Source of the DNA: an uncultured Planctomycetia bacterium
GTDB taxonomy: Bacteria > Omnitrophota > Gorgyraeia > 2-02-FULL-51-18
Assembly (NCBI GenBank): GCA_964374005.1
Contig: CAYJXB010000002.1
Location: 1-53,590 of the forward strand
Reading direction: 5' to 3'
DNA length: 53,590 bases
The notes under the pieces are model-generated. The model did no database searches. It was not told the DNA's origin and saw only the letters and a program-made list of their open reading frames with translations. Below, piece after piece: positions 38,330 through 48,397 of the stretch. Both the position numbers and the translations under genes were made by a program. Within the stretch, counting starts at the first letter, position 1. Every line of letters begins with the position of its first letter.

Positions 38330-40590
38330 CATCATTTATCCGCAAGTACGTTTTCTCAACAAATCACAAAGTCATTGCTATTCAATACCTGATCACAGGC
38401 CTTCTTTTTATGGTAGTCGGCGGCGCCATGGCCTACATGATCCGCATGCAACTGGCGTATCCTTGGCAGCCGATTCCGATCCTTGGGCAAATTTTTTTGA
38501 GGGAAACAGGCGGGGTGCTGGCGCCGGAGACCTATGCACAGCTTTTTACGATGCATGGCGGCATCATGGTATTTTTCGCGGTGACCCCGATTTTGTTAGG
38601 GGCATTGGGCAATTATACAATTCCGCTTGAAATCGGCGCATCCGATATGGCGTTTACACGAATGAATATGTTGTCCTACTGGTTTTTGATCGCAGGCTCA
38701 GTCTTGGTTCTCCTTTCTTATTTGGTGCCCGGCGGAGCGGCCGGCACCGGCTGGACGCTTTACCCGCCGCTTTCATCGAGCTTAAAGATAAGTCCCGGTT
38801 GGGGAATAGATCTTTTTATCCTTGGCCTGGCGATGGATGCTGTCTCGATTTTGATGGGTGGAATCAATTACATCACGACCGTCATGCGTTGCCGAGCCCA
38901 GGGCATGAAGTGGGACCGTCTTCCCCTGACGACTTGGGGGCTCGTGTTTACATCGATTTTGAATACGCTTTGGCTGCCGCTAGTGGTTGCGGCGCTTGTC
39001 ATGGTGTTAGGGGACCGGCGGTTGGGTACGGCGTTTTTTGTGGCCGGGCCGTTGGCGCCTCACGAAGGGGGCCAAGTCCTGCTTTTTCAACATCTTTTTT
39101 GGGGGTTCGGTCATCCGGAAGTCTATATTCTCATTATGCCGGTATGGGGCATCGTGGCGGACTTACTTTCGGTGTTCTCGCGCAAGCCCGTGTTTGGTTA
39201 CCGCGCGACCGTCATTGCGATGAGTACGATTGCGATCTTAAGCGGCGTTGTTTGGGGCCATCATCTGTTTACCAGCGGGATGAACCCGCTTATCGGAAAA
39301 GTCTTTATGTTTCTAACGATTGCGGTGAGCGTGCCGACAGCGGTGCTTTTTCTGAATTGGCTGGGCACGCTGTGGAGGGGCTCGATCCGCTTTGAGGTGC
39401 CAATGCTCTTTACGCTCGGGATTGTGTTTGTCTTTGCGATCGGGGGGTTGACGGGACTTTTCCATGCGGTGCAGACCCTCGACATCTACATTCATGACAC
39501 TTACTTTGTTGTCGGCCATTTTCATTACACGCTAGCAGCCAGTGTTCTTTTCGGAGTTTTTGCGTTCGTTTATTTCTGGTTTCCGAAAATATTCGGCCGG
39601 TGGATGAATAATTCCTTGGGCAAAATTCATTTTTGGCTGACTTTTCTTATCGTGGACGTGCTTTTTTTTACGATGATGTATGTCGGTATCAACGGCCATC
39701 TGCGCCGCCTCGCTGATGCGACCACTTACGACTATCTGAAACCCATGCAGCCGCTGAATGTTTTCATGGGATATCTGACAATCGGTTTAGTATTGGCGCA
39801 GTTTCTCTTCGTCATTAATTTTTTTATTTCGCTTCTGGCAGGCCGTAAAACAGGGAATAATCCTTGGGATGCGGCGGGTCTTGCCTGGACTATCTCGTCA
39901 CCGCCACCCGAACACAATTTTCTAAAAGCGCCGGTGGTTTACACCGGCCCCCACGAATATGGAATCGTCGGCATCGCCGGACGGGACTATCGTGCGCAAG
40001 ATGAGCCGGGACAAAACTCATCGATCGCTCCTCTCAACAATGATTGGGTCACGACCCCGAAGCTAGGTATGTGGGTTTTTCTTATTTCCGAAATCATGCT
40101 TTTTACGGGCCTCATCGGAAGCTATCTCGTGCTTCGGCTTGGCAGCGCGGCTTGGCCCAACCCATCGGAGATTTTGACTATTCCGCTTTTAGGTTTAAAT
40201 ACCTTCGTTCTAATTTGCTCCAGCTTGACGCTGGCGCTTGGCGTGGACGCGGCTAAAAGCGGCAAGTCGTCTCTTGTCAGAAAATATGTGCTGTTCACGG
40301 CACTCTTAGGCCTTGCGTTTCTGTGTATCAAGGGTTTTGACTATGTTCATCTTTGGCACAAGGGTTTCACGATTTCGGCGAATCTTTTTGGCTCATGCTA
40401 TTATTTACTGACCGGATTTCACGCATTGCATGTGCTTTCGGGCGTTGTACTTTTGTTTACTCTCTGGATAGGCGCTAGAAATGACGATTATGTCTTCGCG
40501 CATGCGGAGCGTTTCGAATCCAGCGGGCTTTATTGGCATTTTATTGACATCGTGTGGGTGATTTTATTCGCGATCCTTTGTCTCTTATGA
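38323..40590 (+). CDS. coxA: Cytochrome c oxidase subunit I fused to a subunit III-like domain
   Basis: FWGFGHPEVYILI and WGHHLFTSG (subunit I); C-terminal WVFLISEIMLFTGL...GFHALHVLSGV (subunit III). The ORF-track start at 38206 overlaps coxB, so the start is taken at MVASF. Confidence 0.85.
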   Translation: MVASFIRKYVFSTNHKVIAIQYLITGLLFMVVGGAMAYMIRMQLAYPWQPIPILGQIFLRETGGVLAPETYAQLFTMHGGIMVFFAVTPILLGALGNYTIPLEIGASDMAFTRMNMLSYWFLIAGSVLVLLSYLVPGGAAGTGWTLYPPLSSSLKISPGWGIDLFILGLAMDAVSILMGGINYITTVMRCRAQGMKWDRLPLTTWGLVFTSILNTLWLPLVVAALVMVLGDRRLGTAFFVAGPLAPHEGGQVLLFQHLFWGFGHPEVYILIMPVWGIVADLLSVFSRKPVFGYRATVIAMSTIAILSGVVWGHHLFTSGMNPLIGKVFMFLTIAVSVPTAVLFLNWLGTLWRGSIRFEVPMLFTLGIVFVFAIGGLTGLFHAVQTLDIYIHDTYFVVGHFHYTLAASVLFGVFAFVYFWFPKIFGRWMNNSLGKIHFWLTFLIVDVLFFTMMYVGINGHLRRLADATTYDYLKPMQPLNVFMGYLTIGLVLAQFLFVINFFISLLAGRKTGNNPWDAAGLAWTISSPPPEHNFLKAPVVYTGPHEYGIVGIAGRDYRAQDEPGQNSSIAPLNNDWVTTPKLGMWVFLISEIMLFTGLIGSYLVLRLGSAAWPNPSEILTIPLLGLNTFVLICSSLTLALGVDAAKSGKSSLVRKYVLFTALLGLAFLCIKGFDYVHLWHKGFTISANLFGSCYYLLTGFHALHVLSGVVLLFTLWIGARNDDYVFAHAERFESSGLYWHFIDIVWVILFAILCLL

Positions 40591-40886
40591 AAAATCTTTC
40601 TTCGACTTCGCATACGAAACAATATCTGGTTGCTTTTGGATGGCTCGTGGCGCTGACCGTCTTTGAAATCGCCGTCGCGTCGATGCATTTTCCCCGGGCA
40701 GTGTTGGCGATTCTTTTGGTTGGTTCGTCGCTTGGGAAAGCAATGCTGATCGGCCTTTATTTCATGCATCTTAAATTTGAAAGCCGACTTATGTGGGTTC
40801 TTCCGGGCGTACCCGTTGTTTTTGCGATCTTGTTCGTATTCGGAATTTTCCCGGATATTGTTTATCATGCGATTCATCGGTTCTAG
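40587..40886 (+). CDS. Cytochrome c oxidase subunit IV family small membrane protein
   Basis: ATGA overlap with the preceding stop; LIGLYFMHLKFE motif; 3 TM segments. Confidence 0.65.
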   Translation: MKNLSSTSHTKQYLVAFGWLVALTVFEIAVASMHFPRAVLAILLVGSSLGKAMLIGLYFMHLKFESRLMWVLPGVPVVFAILFVFGIFPDIVYHAIHRF

Positions 40887-41139
40887 CCGCGCGGCGAAGA
40901 TAATCGTCGTCGTATTTTTACTTATCACACATAGGACCTCAAGCGCTTGGGCAGGCTTGTGTCCGATGTGTCGTCAAGCGCTCGAGCAAAGCAATCAAAA
41001 CGGTCTTCTCAGGGGTTTTTATCTCAGTATTCTTCTTATCGCCGGAATGCCACTCCTGATTTTTTTGCTTCTAGGGCTTTATTTTCTTTTTACTTCAACT
41101 AGAAAAACAGCGCATGGAAATTCACAAGACTCCGTTTGA
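40867..41139 (+). CDS. Hypothetical membrane protein with CPMC motif
   Basis: Signal-like N-terminus, CPMC, C-terminal TM segment. Start at MRFIGSS. Confidence 0.4.
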   Translation: MRFIGSSRAAKIIVVVFLLITHRTSSAWAGLCPMCRQALEQSNQNGLLRGFYLSILLIAGMPLLIFLLLGLYFLFTSTRKTAHGNSQDSV

Positions 41140-41208
41140 GACAACGCAGGAATTTCTGTACTGCCTGTTCAAGCGGAATTGAAGTATGCCGTGGTTCGTC
41201 GAGAGAGG

Positions 41209-41664
41209 TCAGTCCAAAAATGGCTCTACCCATTTCCTAAAAAGTTTAAGTCCATCCGCAGGCACAACAATTGGAAAATCGACCAATGACTCCACGCCAG
41301 GAAGCATGAAGTCCCGCGTGTTCCATGTGACAAACGCCGAAACCTTAGCCAAATGAGCGGCACACAGTATCGTGGCATCGCCTTTGCGAAGCTTTTGTAA
41401 GAACGGTTTTGTCTGCTCGGCTGTCGGATTGGGGGCGATTTCGGGGCCGAGGTCCTTCCAAAGCTTTCGACTCACGTGAATCAGATCAGGAAATTTTGTG
41501 GCAAGAACTCTATCAGATTCGGTTATCACTTCTTCTGACGCTACCATCGTAACGGCTTCTGCTTCCACCAAACGCGCAAGTTCTCCTGCGGCGCCTTCCG
41601 GAGAAAGAAGCGCCGCAATATAAACGCTAGTATCAAAAAAGAGCCGGTATCTCGGAACAGGCAT
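41209..41664 (-). CDS. PIN-domain toxin
   Basis: YRLFFDTSVYIAAL, paired with an upstream AbrB-type antitoxin gene. Confidence 0.7.
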   Translation of the reverse strand: MPVPRYRLFFDTSVYIAALLSPEGAAGELARLVEAEAVTMVASEEVITESDRVLATKFPDLIHVSRKLWKDLGPEIAPNPTAEQTKPFLQKLRKGDATILCAAHLAKVSAFVTWNTRDFMLPGVESLVDFPIVVPADGLKLFRKWVEPFLD

Positions 41665-41687
41665 TTATGGTTCGGCTTTGCTCACCA

Positions 41688-41930
41688 CTAGAAATCTTTG
41701 TGTCGGATTTTTTTTAAATCCTTCAAAAGGTCATCCAGGGTTATTCCCTTTTCCTTGGCCGCTTCCGAAAACTTCGCCGAGATGGATTCAAAAGTAGATA
41801 CCTTCGGGGTCAGAAGAATCCCATTGCCCACTTTAGTGACAGATAACACGGCATTTTTAGATAAATGCAACGACTCTCGAATATCCGATGGGATAGTGAC
41901 CTGTCCTTTTTCTCTCATTCTTGTAACCAT
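41688..41930 (-). CDS. AbrB/MazE/SpoVT-family antitoxin
   Basis: EKGQVTIPSDIRESLHLSKN. Confidence 0.7.
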   Translation of the reverse strand: MVTRMREKGQVTIPSDIRESLHLSKNAVLSVTKVGNGILLTPKVSTFESISAKFSEAAKEKGITLDDLLKDLKKIRHKDF

Positions 41931-42075
41931 AAATTCCCTCCTATTTTCCTACTAGTTCCAACTTTCCTACTAAAGGATACCATATAGAGCGAGGTTTTTC
42001 AAGTACCAAGAAAAATGCCCAGGCAGGCGTGCCTCCGCAGGAATAATCCTTGTTGACTTGGATGTGATCGGGCAA

Positions 42076-43050
42076 TCAGACCGGAACTACGGCAAAATCC
42101 TCGATGAGCTTTCTCATCTCCGCGGCCGAATCGCAGCGATTGACAGCGCCCCTGAGTTCGGCGACACCGGGCAGGTTTTTGAAGTACCAGCAGGCGATGC
42201 GGCGCATATGAAGAACAGCCATCCGCCCGTCGCGGTATTTTAGCTCCAGTTCAAAATGTCTCAACACGGCTTTTTTCTTTTCCTCGATTGAGGGTTCGGG
42301 AAGGGCCGCCCCGTTTTCCAACGCGTTTTGTATATTTTTAAAAATCCAGGGATTTCCCAAGCCCCCACGGCCGATCATGATCCCATCACAACCGGTGATT
42401 TGGCGCATCCGCAGCGCGTCTTCGGCGCTCATGACGTCACCATTTCCCAAGACAGGTATTTTGACCGCTTGTTTCACCTTTCGGATGGCCTGATAATCTG
42501 CGCTTCCCGAATAACCCTGGACTCTGGTGCGCCCGTGAACCGTAACGGCGTCCACGCCGCACTCTTCGGCGATTTTGGCGATCATGACCGCTTCGTCGCC
42601 GGACGGGTCTTCCACCCCTAGGCGCATTTTGACCGTGACCGGGATTTTTTTGACGGCATGGATGACCGCTTTAAAGATTTTGCGCGCGTCGTCAGGGCGG
42701 GCCAAGAGAGCTGAACCCGCGCCTTGACCGGCGACTTTCGGCACCGGGCATCCTAGATTCAAATCAAGCAGGTCGTAACCCAGATTTTCCACGATCGCGG
42801 CCGCTTCTCCCATCGCCTCGGGCCGGCAGCCCACGAGCTGTGCTCCGAGCGGTTTGTCTTCCGGAACGGTTTTCATCAGCTCTTCAGCGCCATGGTTTCC
42901 GCGGATCAGGGATTCGGCCGCGACCATTTCCAGAAAGCAAAACTCCATTCCATAGGCGCGCGAAATAAGGCGATACGCCAGATCGGTACAGCCCGCCATC
43001 GGGGACTGGACGATGTTGGATTTCAATTCTAAGTTTTTCAGTTTCAACAT
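42076..43050 (-). CDS. dusB: tRNA-dihydrouridine synthase
   Basis: SPMAGCTDLAYR, DLNLGCPVPKV, HGRTR. Confidence 0.85.
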   Translation of the reverse strand: MLKLKNLELKSNIVQSPMAGCTDLAYRLISRAYGMEFCFLEMVAAESLIRGNHGAEELMKTVPEDKPLGAQLVGCRPEAMGEAAAIVENLGYDLLDLNLGCPVPKVAGQGAGSALLARPDDARKIFKAVIHAVKKIPVTVKMRLGVEDPSGDEAVMIAKIAEECGVDAVTVHGRTRVQGYSGSADYQAIRKVKQAVKIPVLGNGDVMSAEDALRMRQITGCDGIMIGRGGLGNPWIFKNIQNALENGAALPEPSIEEKKKAVLRHFELELKYRDGRMAVLHMRRIACWYFKNLPGVAELRGAVNRCDSAAEMRKLIEDFAVVPV

Positions 43051-43072
43051 GCCGTCTATTTTAGCATGAGTC

Positions 43073-43085
43073 GGGGTCAGACCCC
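43073..43085. repeat. GGGGTCAGACCCC palindrome unit
   Basis: Shares ggggtcagacccctc with 21010-21024. Confidence 0.7.
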
Positions 43086-43124
43086 TCTAATTTTTTATTC
43101 TATTAACTAAACAGGTAAAACGGC

Positions 43125-43152
43125 TTGACTTGGGCCGCTGATATGATATACT
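43125..43152 (+). promoter_or_regulatory. Sigma70-like promoter for typA
   Basis: TTGACT (43125-30), 16-nt spacer, TATACT (43147-52). Confidence 0.5.
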
Positions 43153-43217
43153 CCCTCAAACCCTCGTTTGTGCGAGAATCCGCCGGACGGGGGTTTTCGA
43201 TTTTTTAAACAAAATTT

Positions 43218-45038
43218 ATGAGCCTACAAAAAAACATCAGAAACATCGCGATCATCGCGCACGTGGACCACGGCAAAACGACCTTGGTCGATGCGATCCT
43301 TCGTCAGACGCACGCGCATCGAAATATCACCGAGATGGGCCAGTGTATCATGGACTCGATGGACCTTGAGCGCGAGCGCGGCATCACGATCCGCGCCAAG
43401 AACGCGAGCGTGGTTTACAAGGACGTGAAAATCAATATCGTGGATACGCCCGGGCACGCGGATTTCGGCGGGGAGGTCGAAAGAACCTTACGCATGGTGG
43501 ACGGCGTGCTTTTGGTCGTGGACGCCAAAGATGGCCCGATGCCCCAGACGCGATTTGTGTTGCGCAAGGCGCTCGAGCTCGGGCACCGCGCAGTCGTCGT
43601 AATCAACAAAGTGGACCGGCCGGACTCTCAGATCGAGGAGGTCGTGAACCGGACCTTCGATCTTTTTTGCGAATTGAACGCCAAAAACCGCCAGCTTGAT
43701 TTTCCGATCGTTTACACTTCGGCGGTGCAGGGTACCGCGACATTAGACATGAAGCATCCCTCCGACAATATTTATCCGCTTTTAGACACGATACTTGAAA
43801 AGGTCTCTCCGCCCGATGTGAATCCGGAAGCCCCGCTTCAGATTCTGGTGTTGGCGCTTCTGCAAGATTCTTACAAGGGAACAATGGGGATCGGGAAGAT
43901 CATCGCCGGCTCGATCGAGAAAGGACAAATGGCGGCGCTGATCCGCAGAGACGGCCAACAGATCAATTCCAAGGTGACGAGTATTTTAACGTATGAGGGT
44001 CTTGAACGCGTCGAAGCAGAGAGCGCCGTCGCGGGAGAGATCGTGGCCGTGGCGGGATTTGAAAACATAGGCATCGGAGAAACGATCACCGATCCGAATA
44101 CACCAAAACCGCTTCCGACTTTAACGATCGATGAGCCGACGGTGCAGATGACGTTTGGCGTGAATACCAGCTCTTTCGCGGGACGCGAAGGGAAATACGT
44201 CACGTCGCGCGTGATCCGCGACCGGTTATTTAAGGAGCTTGAAACCAACGTTTCAATGCGCGTGACCGAGACGGATAGCCCAGACACATTCCTTGTCGCC
44301 GGCCGGGGGGAGCTGCACCTGGCGATTCTGATCGAAACGATGCGGCGCGAGGCCTTTGAGCTGCAGGTATCGCAGCCGGAAGTGATCCTTCACGAAAAAA
44401 ACGGCGTGAAGCAGGAACCTTTCGAATTTTTGATCGTGGACGTGCCGGCAGACTATCAGGGCGCCGTGATCGAGGAGATCGGAAAGCGTAAAGGGATTTT
44501 GAAAAACATGTTGCAGAACCCGACCGGAGAACTTCACTTGGAGTATCAAATCCCGACGCGCGGCGTGATTGGCTTAAAAGGCGCGCTGATGACCAAGACG
44601 CGCGGCACGGCGATTGTCCACCACGTGTTTGACGAATACAAACCGATGCTCGAGGAAATGCTCGGCATGGCTCCGCACGGCTCTTTGATCGCGAGCGAGT
44701 CCGGCAAATCAAACGGCTACGGGCTTTCGAACGCTCAGGAACGAGGGGATCTTTTTATCGGCCCGGGCGTGGACGTTTATCAAGGAATGATCATCGGGGA
44801 AAATTCGAAAGGCGAGGATTTGGACTTAAGCCCCTGCAAAACGAAAAAATTGACGAACATGCGGTCCAGCGGCTCCGACGATGCGATTGTGCTGACGCCT
44901 CCGCGCGAGATGAATTTGGAGCTCGCGATCGAATACATCGGGCCGGATGAGCTTGTGGAAGTGACACCGAGGAATGTCCGGCTCCGGAAAAGAGTGCTTG
45001 ATCCTCTGGCCAGGAAACGTTTGAAAAGGCAAACGTAG
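43218..45038 (+). CDS. typA: Translational GTPase TypA/BipA
   Basis: [28 protein letters not shown]-like domain order. Confidence 0.9.
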   Translation: MSLQKNIRNIAIIAHVDHGKTTLVDAILRQTHAHRNITEMGQCIMDSMDLERERGITIRAKNASVVYKDVKINIVDTPGHADFGGEVERTLRMVDGVLLVVDAKDGPMPQTRFVLRKALELGHRAVVVINKVDRPDSQIEEVVNRTFDLFCELNAKNRQLDFPIVYTSAVQGTATLDMKHPSDNIYPLLDTILEKVSPPDVNPEAPLQILVLALLQDSYKGTMGIGKIIAGSIEKGQMAALIRRDGQQINSKVTSILTYEGLERVEAESAVAGEIVAVAGFENIGIGETITDPNTPKPLPTLTIDEPTVQMTFGVNTSSFAGREGKYVTSRVIRDRLFKELETNVSMRVTETDSPDTFLVAGRGELHLAILIETMRREAFELQVSQPEVILHEKNGVKQEPFEFLIVDVPADYQGAVIEEIGKRKGILKNMLQNPTGELHLEYQIPTRGVIGLKGALMTKTRGTAIVHHVFDEYKPMLEEMLGMAPHGSLIASESGKSNGYGLSNAQERGDLFIGPGVDVYQGMIIGENSKGEDLDLSPCKTKKLTNMRSSGSDDAIVLTPPREMNLELAIEYIGPDELVEVTPRNVRLRKRVLDPLARKRLKRQT

Positions 45039-45109
45039 AAATGGTTAAGTCGTCACCGGCTTCCTCACCCTTGCCAAATTACTTAACCCAAATGTGTTAG
45101 AGGTTATCT

Positions 45110-45913
45110 ATGTCTAAAAAAGAACGTCTCCAAGTCATTTTGGCGCGTTTTGGCCTCGCGAGCCGCCGCGGCGTGGTTTCCTTGATCGAGGGAGGCAAAG
45201 TGGCCGTGAATGGCGAAGTCGTGCTCGAGAAAGGTTTCCGGGCCGACGCGGTATCCGATAAGATCACGGTAAACGGCGAGCCACTCCCTTCGGGTGCTTC
45301 TCCCGAAAAAAGATATTTCATATTCAATAAACCCAAAGGCGTCATGACGACGATGCAGGACCCTCACGCGGAGCGGATCGTCGCGGATTTTTTTAAAGAT
45401 GTCTCCGTTCGGCTTTTTCCCGTTGGGAGACTGGATCGGGACACGACAGGGCTTCTTCTCATGACCAATGATGGTGAACTGGCCTTCCGGCTCACTCATC
45501 CTAAATTCGAAATCGCAAGAAAGTACAAGGCGAGGATAGAAGGGATCATTGCTGATGAGAAAATAAAGCGCCTCGAAAAAGGAATTGTGCTGGAAGAAGG
45601 AAGGACGGCTCCCTGCAAAATAGAAATTGAGGCAACCCTGCCTGCCGGACAGGCAGGGTTGGCTGCCAGTAAAAAGGAACTCCCGCAGACCATCCTTTAC
45701 GTGACGCTTCATGAGGGAAAGAAAAGACAGATCCGCCGGATTTTTGAAAAGATCGGCCATCGCGTGCTGGAACTGGAGCGCTTAAACTACGGGCCGCTTG
45801 CTTTAGGGGACCTTAAGCGCGGCGATAAAAGAGAACTGAGCGCCAACGAAGTGCGGCAGCTTGAAAAAGCGACAAGATCCCACGGCGTTTCTGGGGAAAC
45901 GCCTTTGGGATAA
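45110..45913 (+). CDS. rluB: Pseudouridine synthase, RsuA/RluB family
   Basis: S4 domain N-terminus, PVGRLDRDTTGLLL, EGKKRQIRR. Confidence 0.85.
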   Translation: MSKKERLQVILARFGLASRRGVVSLIEGGKVAVNGEVVLEKGFRADAVSDKITVNGEPLPSGASPEKRYFIFNKPKGVMTTMQDPHAERIVADFFKDVSVRLFPVGRLDRDTTGLLLMTNDGELAFRLTHPKFEIARKYKARIEGIIADEKIKRLEKGIVLEEGRTAPCKIEIEATLPAGQAGLAASKKELPQTILYVTLHEGKKRQIRRIFEKIGHRVLELERLNYGPLALGDLKRGDKRELSANEVRQLEKATRSHGVSGETPLG

Positions 45914-46272
45914 ATTCGCGCGGCTGACTTGACGTCGCTTTCAGCTCCGTAAGTCAGGCGCTCATTTAATCCATTCCCAATCGGCCTAATCTTCCTGAGA
46001 TTCTCGCCTGTTTGTACATCCAGTTGAAAAATAACCCGCCTTGTTTTTTCACCGGCCGAGAGAGCGCCGGTCAGCCCGAAGACCATCACCTCTCCGGAGC
46101 TGGGGGCCAGAAGCCCGAGCAGGATGTGGATCGCGGTTGTTTTCCCGGCGCCGTTCGGGCCCAGGAGCCCAAGAATTTCGCCGCTGTTTAAACTGAGAGA
46201 AAGGTTATCCAGCGCTTTTGTCTCCGGATAAACTTTGCATAAATTTTTTGTTTCAATGAGAGGCGCGGGCAT
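45914..46272 (-). pseudogene. Truncated ABC-transporter ATP-binding gene remnant
   Basis: Only the N-terminal ~110 aa look ABC-like (KNLCKVY, GPNGAGKTT Walker A). There is no LSGGQ or Walker B. The open frame (45787..46272) runs into the rluB 3-prime end. Confidence 0.55.
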
Positions 46273-46394
46273 GTTCCAAAAGATTTTCCCATAAAAATCA
46301 TAAAGCGTCTATCGGAAAGAAAATCCTGAATTTTTGTTTGCACTATCTCGATGAGCTAGTATAATCATTTGAATAATTAAGGAGGCGGTAAAAA

Positions 46395-46868
46395 GTGACA
46401 CATCGAAGTCATTACTATGTCTCATTGTTTCTTACGGGTGTTTTGTTTCTTTCCGGCTGCGCCACCACGCGGGCAAAACGTGACGCCACAACGGATCTTC
46501 AGAGTCAGGTCACAGAGCTTCAAAGCCAACTGCAGGGCAAAGATCAGGAAATTCAAGAGCTACAAGCGCGGCTTGAGAGCTATGAGCGCGCGATTCAAAG
46601 CACCCCCACCTACGCCGGCCACAAGGCCGGCCGGCCTTTGGCCGGCAGCAATATTTCAACGTCTTCACTGATCCGAGTTTCCGGCGTCTCCGTGAAAGAT
46701 CTTCAACAGGCGCTTGTGCGCGCGGGGCTTGACCCGGGACCGGTGGACGGGCGAATGGGCAAGAGGACAAAAGCGGCTATCAAGGAATTTCAGCGAAGCC
46801 ACCATTTACGCGTTGACGGGATTGTTGGAGAAAAAACCTGGAGTTTATTAAGTCACAAATCCCAATGA
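46395..46868 (+). CDS. Lipoprotein with coiled-coil and peptidoglycan-binding domain
   Basis: AAGGAGG RBS, GTG start, lipobox FLSGC, LQQALVRAGLDPGPVDGRMG...VDGIVGEKTW. Confidence 0.75.
   Translation: MTHRSHYYVSLFLTGVLFLSGCATTRAKRDATTDLQSQVTELQSQLQGKDQEIQELQARLESYERAIQSTPTYAGHKAGRPLAGSNISTSSLIRVSGVSVKDLQQALVRAGLDPGPVDGRMGKRTKAAIKEFQRSHHLRVDGIVGEKTWSLLSHKSQ
46614..46646. repeat. 33-nt GC-rich palindromic element, copy 3 (in frame)
   Basis: gccggccacaaggccggccggcctttggccggc = AGHKAGRPLAG. Confidence 0.9.
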
Positions 46869-46873
46869 TAAAG

Positions 46874-47007
46874 GAATAACCAATGACCAAATTACAAGGT
46901 CCAAATAAGTTCCAATACCCAAATTACAAGCTCCAAACTAGTGTTTGGTTCTTGGGTTTTGGTTTTTGGTGCTTATTTGGAAATTGGTGCTCGGGATTTG
47001 TGATTTA
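46874..47007. repeat. CCAA-rich unit plus inverted TTGG-rich partner (imperfect hairpin)
   Basis: The left arm gaataaccaatgaccaaattacaaggtccaaataag... closely matches 53451..53514. The centre is ccaaac-tag-tgtttgg. It fills the gap between the stop at 46868 and the mgtE ATG at 47014. Confidence 0.8.
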
Positions 47008-47013
47008 ACTTCA

Positions 47014-48393
47014 ATGGAACAACAGTTACACCCTATCGCGCTCTTAGTCCCTGAGATTCGGGAATTGCTTCGTGAGAAGAATTATACTCTCCTGAAGCAG
47101 GTCTTGAGAGAGTGCAGTCCCTTAGAGTTCACCGATTTCTGGAGAAAATTCGACGAGGAGGAGCGCCTTCAAATCTTCAAGTTATTGCCGGCGGTGGCCG
47201 CGCTGAGATTGTTCGAGATCCTCGACATCGAGGACCAGCGTTTCCTTTTGGCGAAACTGAACGAGGAAAATGTCACGCCTCTCCTTGACAACATGCATTC
47301 GCCGGATCTGGCCAAGCTTTTTCACAAAATGTCGCCGCGCATGGTGAAGAAAATGACGAGTCTGATCAAGCGGCAAGAGGCCCTTTCTCACATTGATCTT
47401 TTGATGCAGTATCCTGAACACACCGCGGGCAGTTTGATGCATCTGGAATTCATCAAGCTCACGCCGAAGCTCACGGCCAAGCAGGCGCTCGCGCTTGCGC
47501 AGGCCATCACGAGGCCCACCCAAAAAGCGCATCTTCTTTATTCTTTTTTCATTGTCGATGACAATGGCAAAGTATTGGGTAGTTTGAACCTCCAAGATCT
47601 GGTCAGCGCGCCGGAAGATGAGAAACTCTCCGAAATGATGACCTCGGTGGAAGGCATCAAAATCAAGCCAGAGACGGACCAGGAAGAGGTGGCCAAACTG
47701 TTCTCGAAATATCATCTGAACGCGGCGCCGGTCGTGGATGACGAAGGCCGCTTGATCGGCATTTTAACTTTGGATGATATTCTGTCGGTTGTCCGTCAGG
47801 AAGCGACTGAGGATATCGCGAAGATGGTGGGAACCAAAGCGGTGGACTTGAGGGAACGCTCTGTTTTCAGGATCATGCAATTTCGAATGCCTTGGCTTGT
47901 GGTAACGCTGTTTGCGGGAATTGTCATTTCCTTTATCATTCGTCATTACGAACCTATCTTGAACAAAGTCATCGCTCTTGTATCTTTTACGCCCATCATC
48001 GCGGGGATGGGCGGGAATGTGGGATCTCAATCCGCGACGATCGTTGTGCGAAGCATCGCGCTGGGCCAAATCAATGGCCACCAGAAAATGAAGACGATCT
48101 TTCGCGAAATGCGCGTGGGGTTATTTATGGGTTTGATTTATGGAGTGATCTTGGGAGCCATCGGTTACCTCATTTATGGCGCTCAACATCACGCACAGTT
48201 TTCTTTGGTCGTCGCAGTCGGCATGTGTACTTCGATGACTGTCGCTGCGACCATGGGGGCCATTGGGCCGATTCTTTTCGATCGGGTCGGGATTGATCCC
48301 GCGACAGCTACCGGGCCGCTGATCACGACCCTTACCGATGTTATCACCGTTCTAACCTACCTCAGTTTCGCGACCTTTCTGTTAGGCCCGTAG
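47014..48393 (+). CDS. mgtE: Magnesium transporter MgtE
   Basis: MgtE N domain, two CBS-like segments, GMGGNVGSQS TM domain. The ORF-track start at 46945 lies inside the repeat. Confidence 0.85.
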   Translation: MEQQLHPIALLVPEIRELLREKNYTLLKQVLRECSPLEFTDFWRKFDEEERLQIFKLLPAVAALRLFEILDIEDQRFLLAKLNEENVTPLLDNMHSPDLAKLFHKMSPRMVKKMTSLIKRQEALSHIDLLMQYPEHTAGSLMHLEFIKLTPKLTAKQALALAQAITRPTQKAHLLYSFFIVDDNGKVLGSLNLQDLVSAPEDEKLSEMMTSVEGIKIKPETDQEEVAKLFSKYHLNAAPVVDDEGRLIGILTLDDILSVVRQEATEDIAKMVGTKAVDLRERSVFRIMQFRMPWLVVTLFAGIVISFIIRHYEPILNKVIALVSFTPIIAGMGGNVGSQSATIVVRSIALGQINGHQKMKTIFREMRVGLFMGLIYGVILGAIGYLIYGAQHHAQFSLVVAVGMCTSMTVAATMGAIGPILFDRVGIDPATATGPLITTLTDVITVLTYLSFATFLLGP

Positions 48394-48397
48394 GAAA

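Noticed and set aside
45104-45760. 218-aa minus-strand ORF
   Set aside because: It is entirely antisense to the well-supported rluB and has no family motifs. The same reasoning applies to 21942..22430 (antisense to the yceI-family gene), 47182..47715 (antisense to mgtE), 50399..50980 (antisense to pfkB), and the alternative-frame ORFs 26091..26612 and 38799..39395.
46874-47013. Mg-sensing (M-box) riboswitch upstream of mgtE
   Set aside because: The whole leader is a copy of the CCAA-rich repeat family, which is also found after greA and cca. It does not look like the multi-helix M-box architecture.
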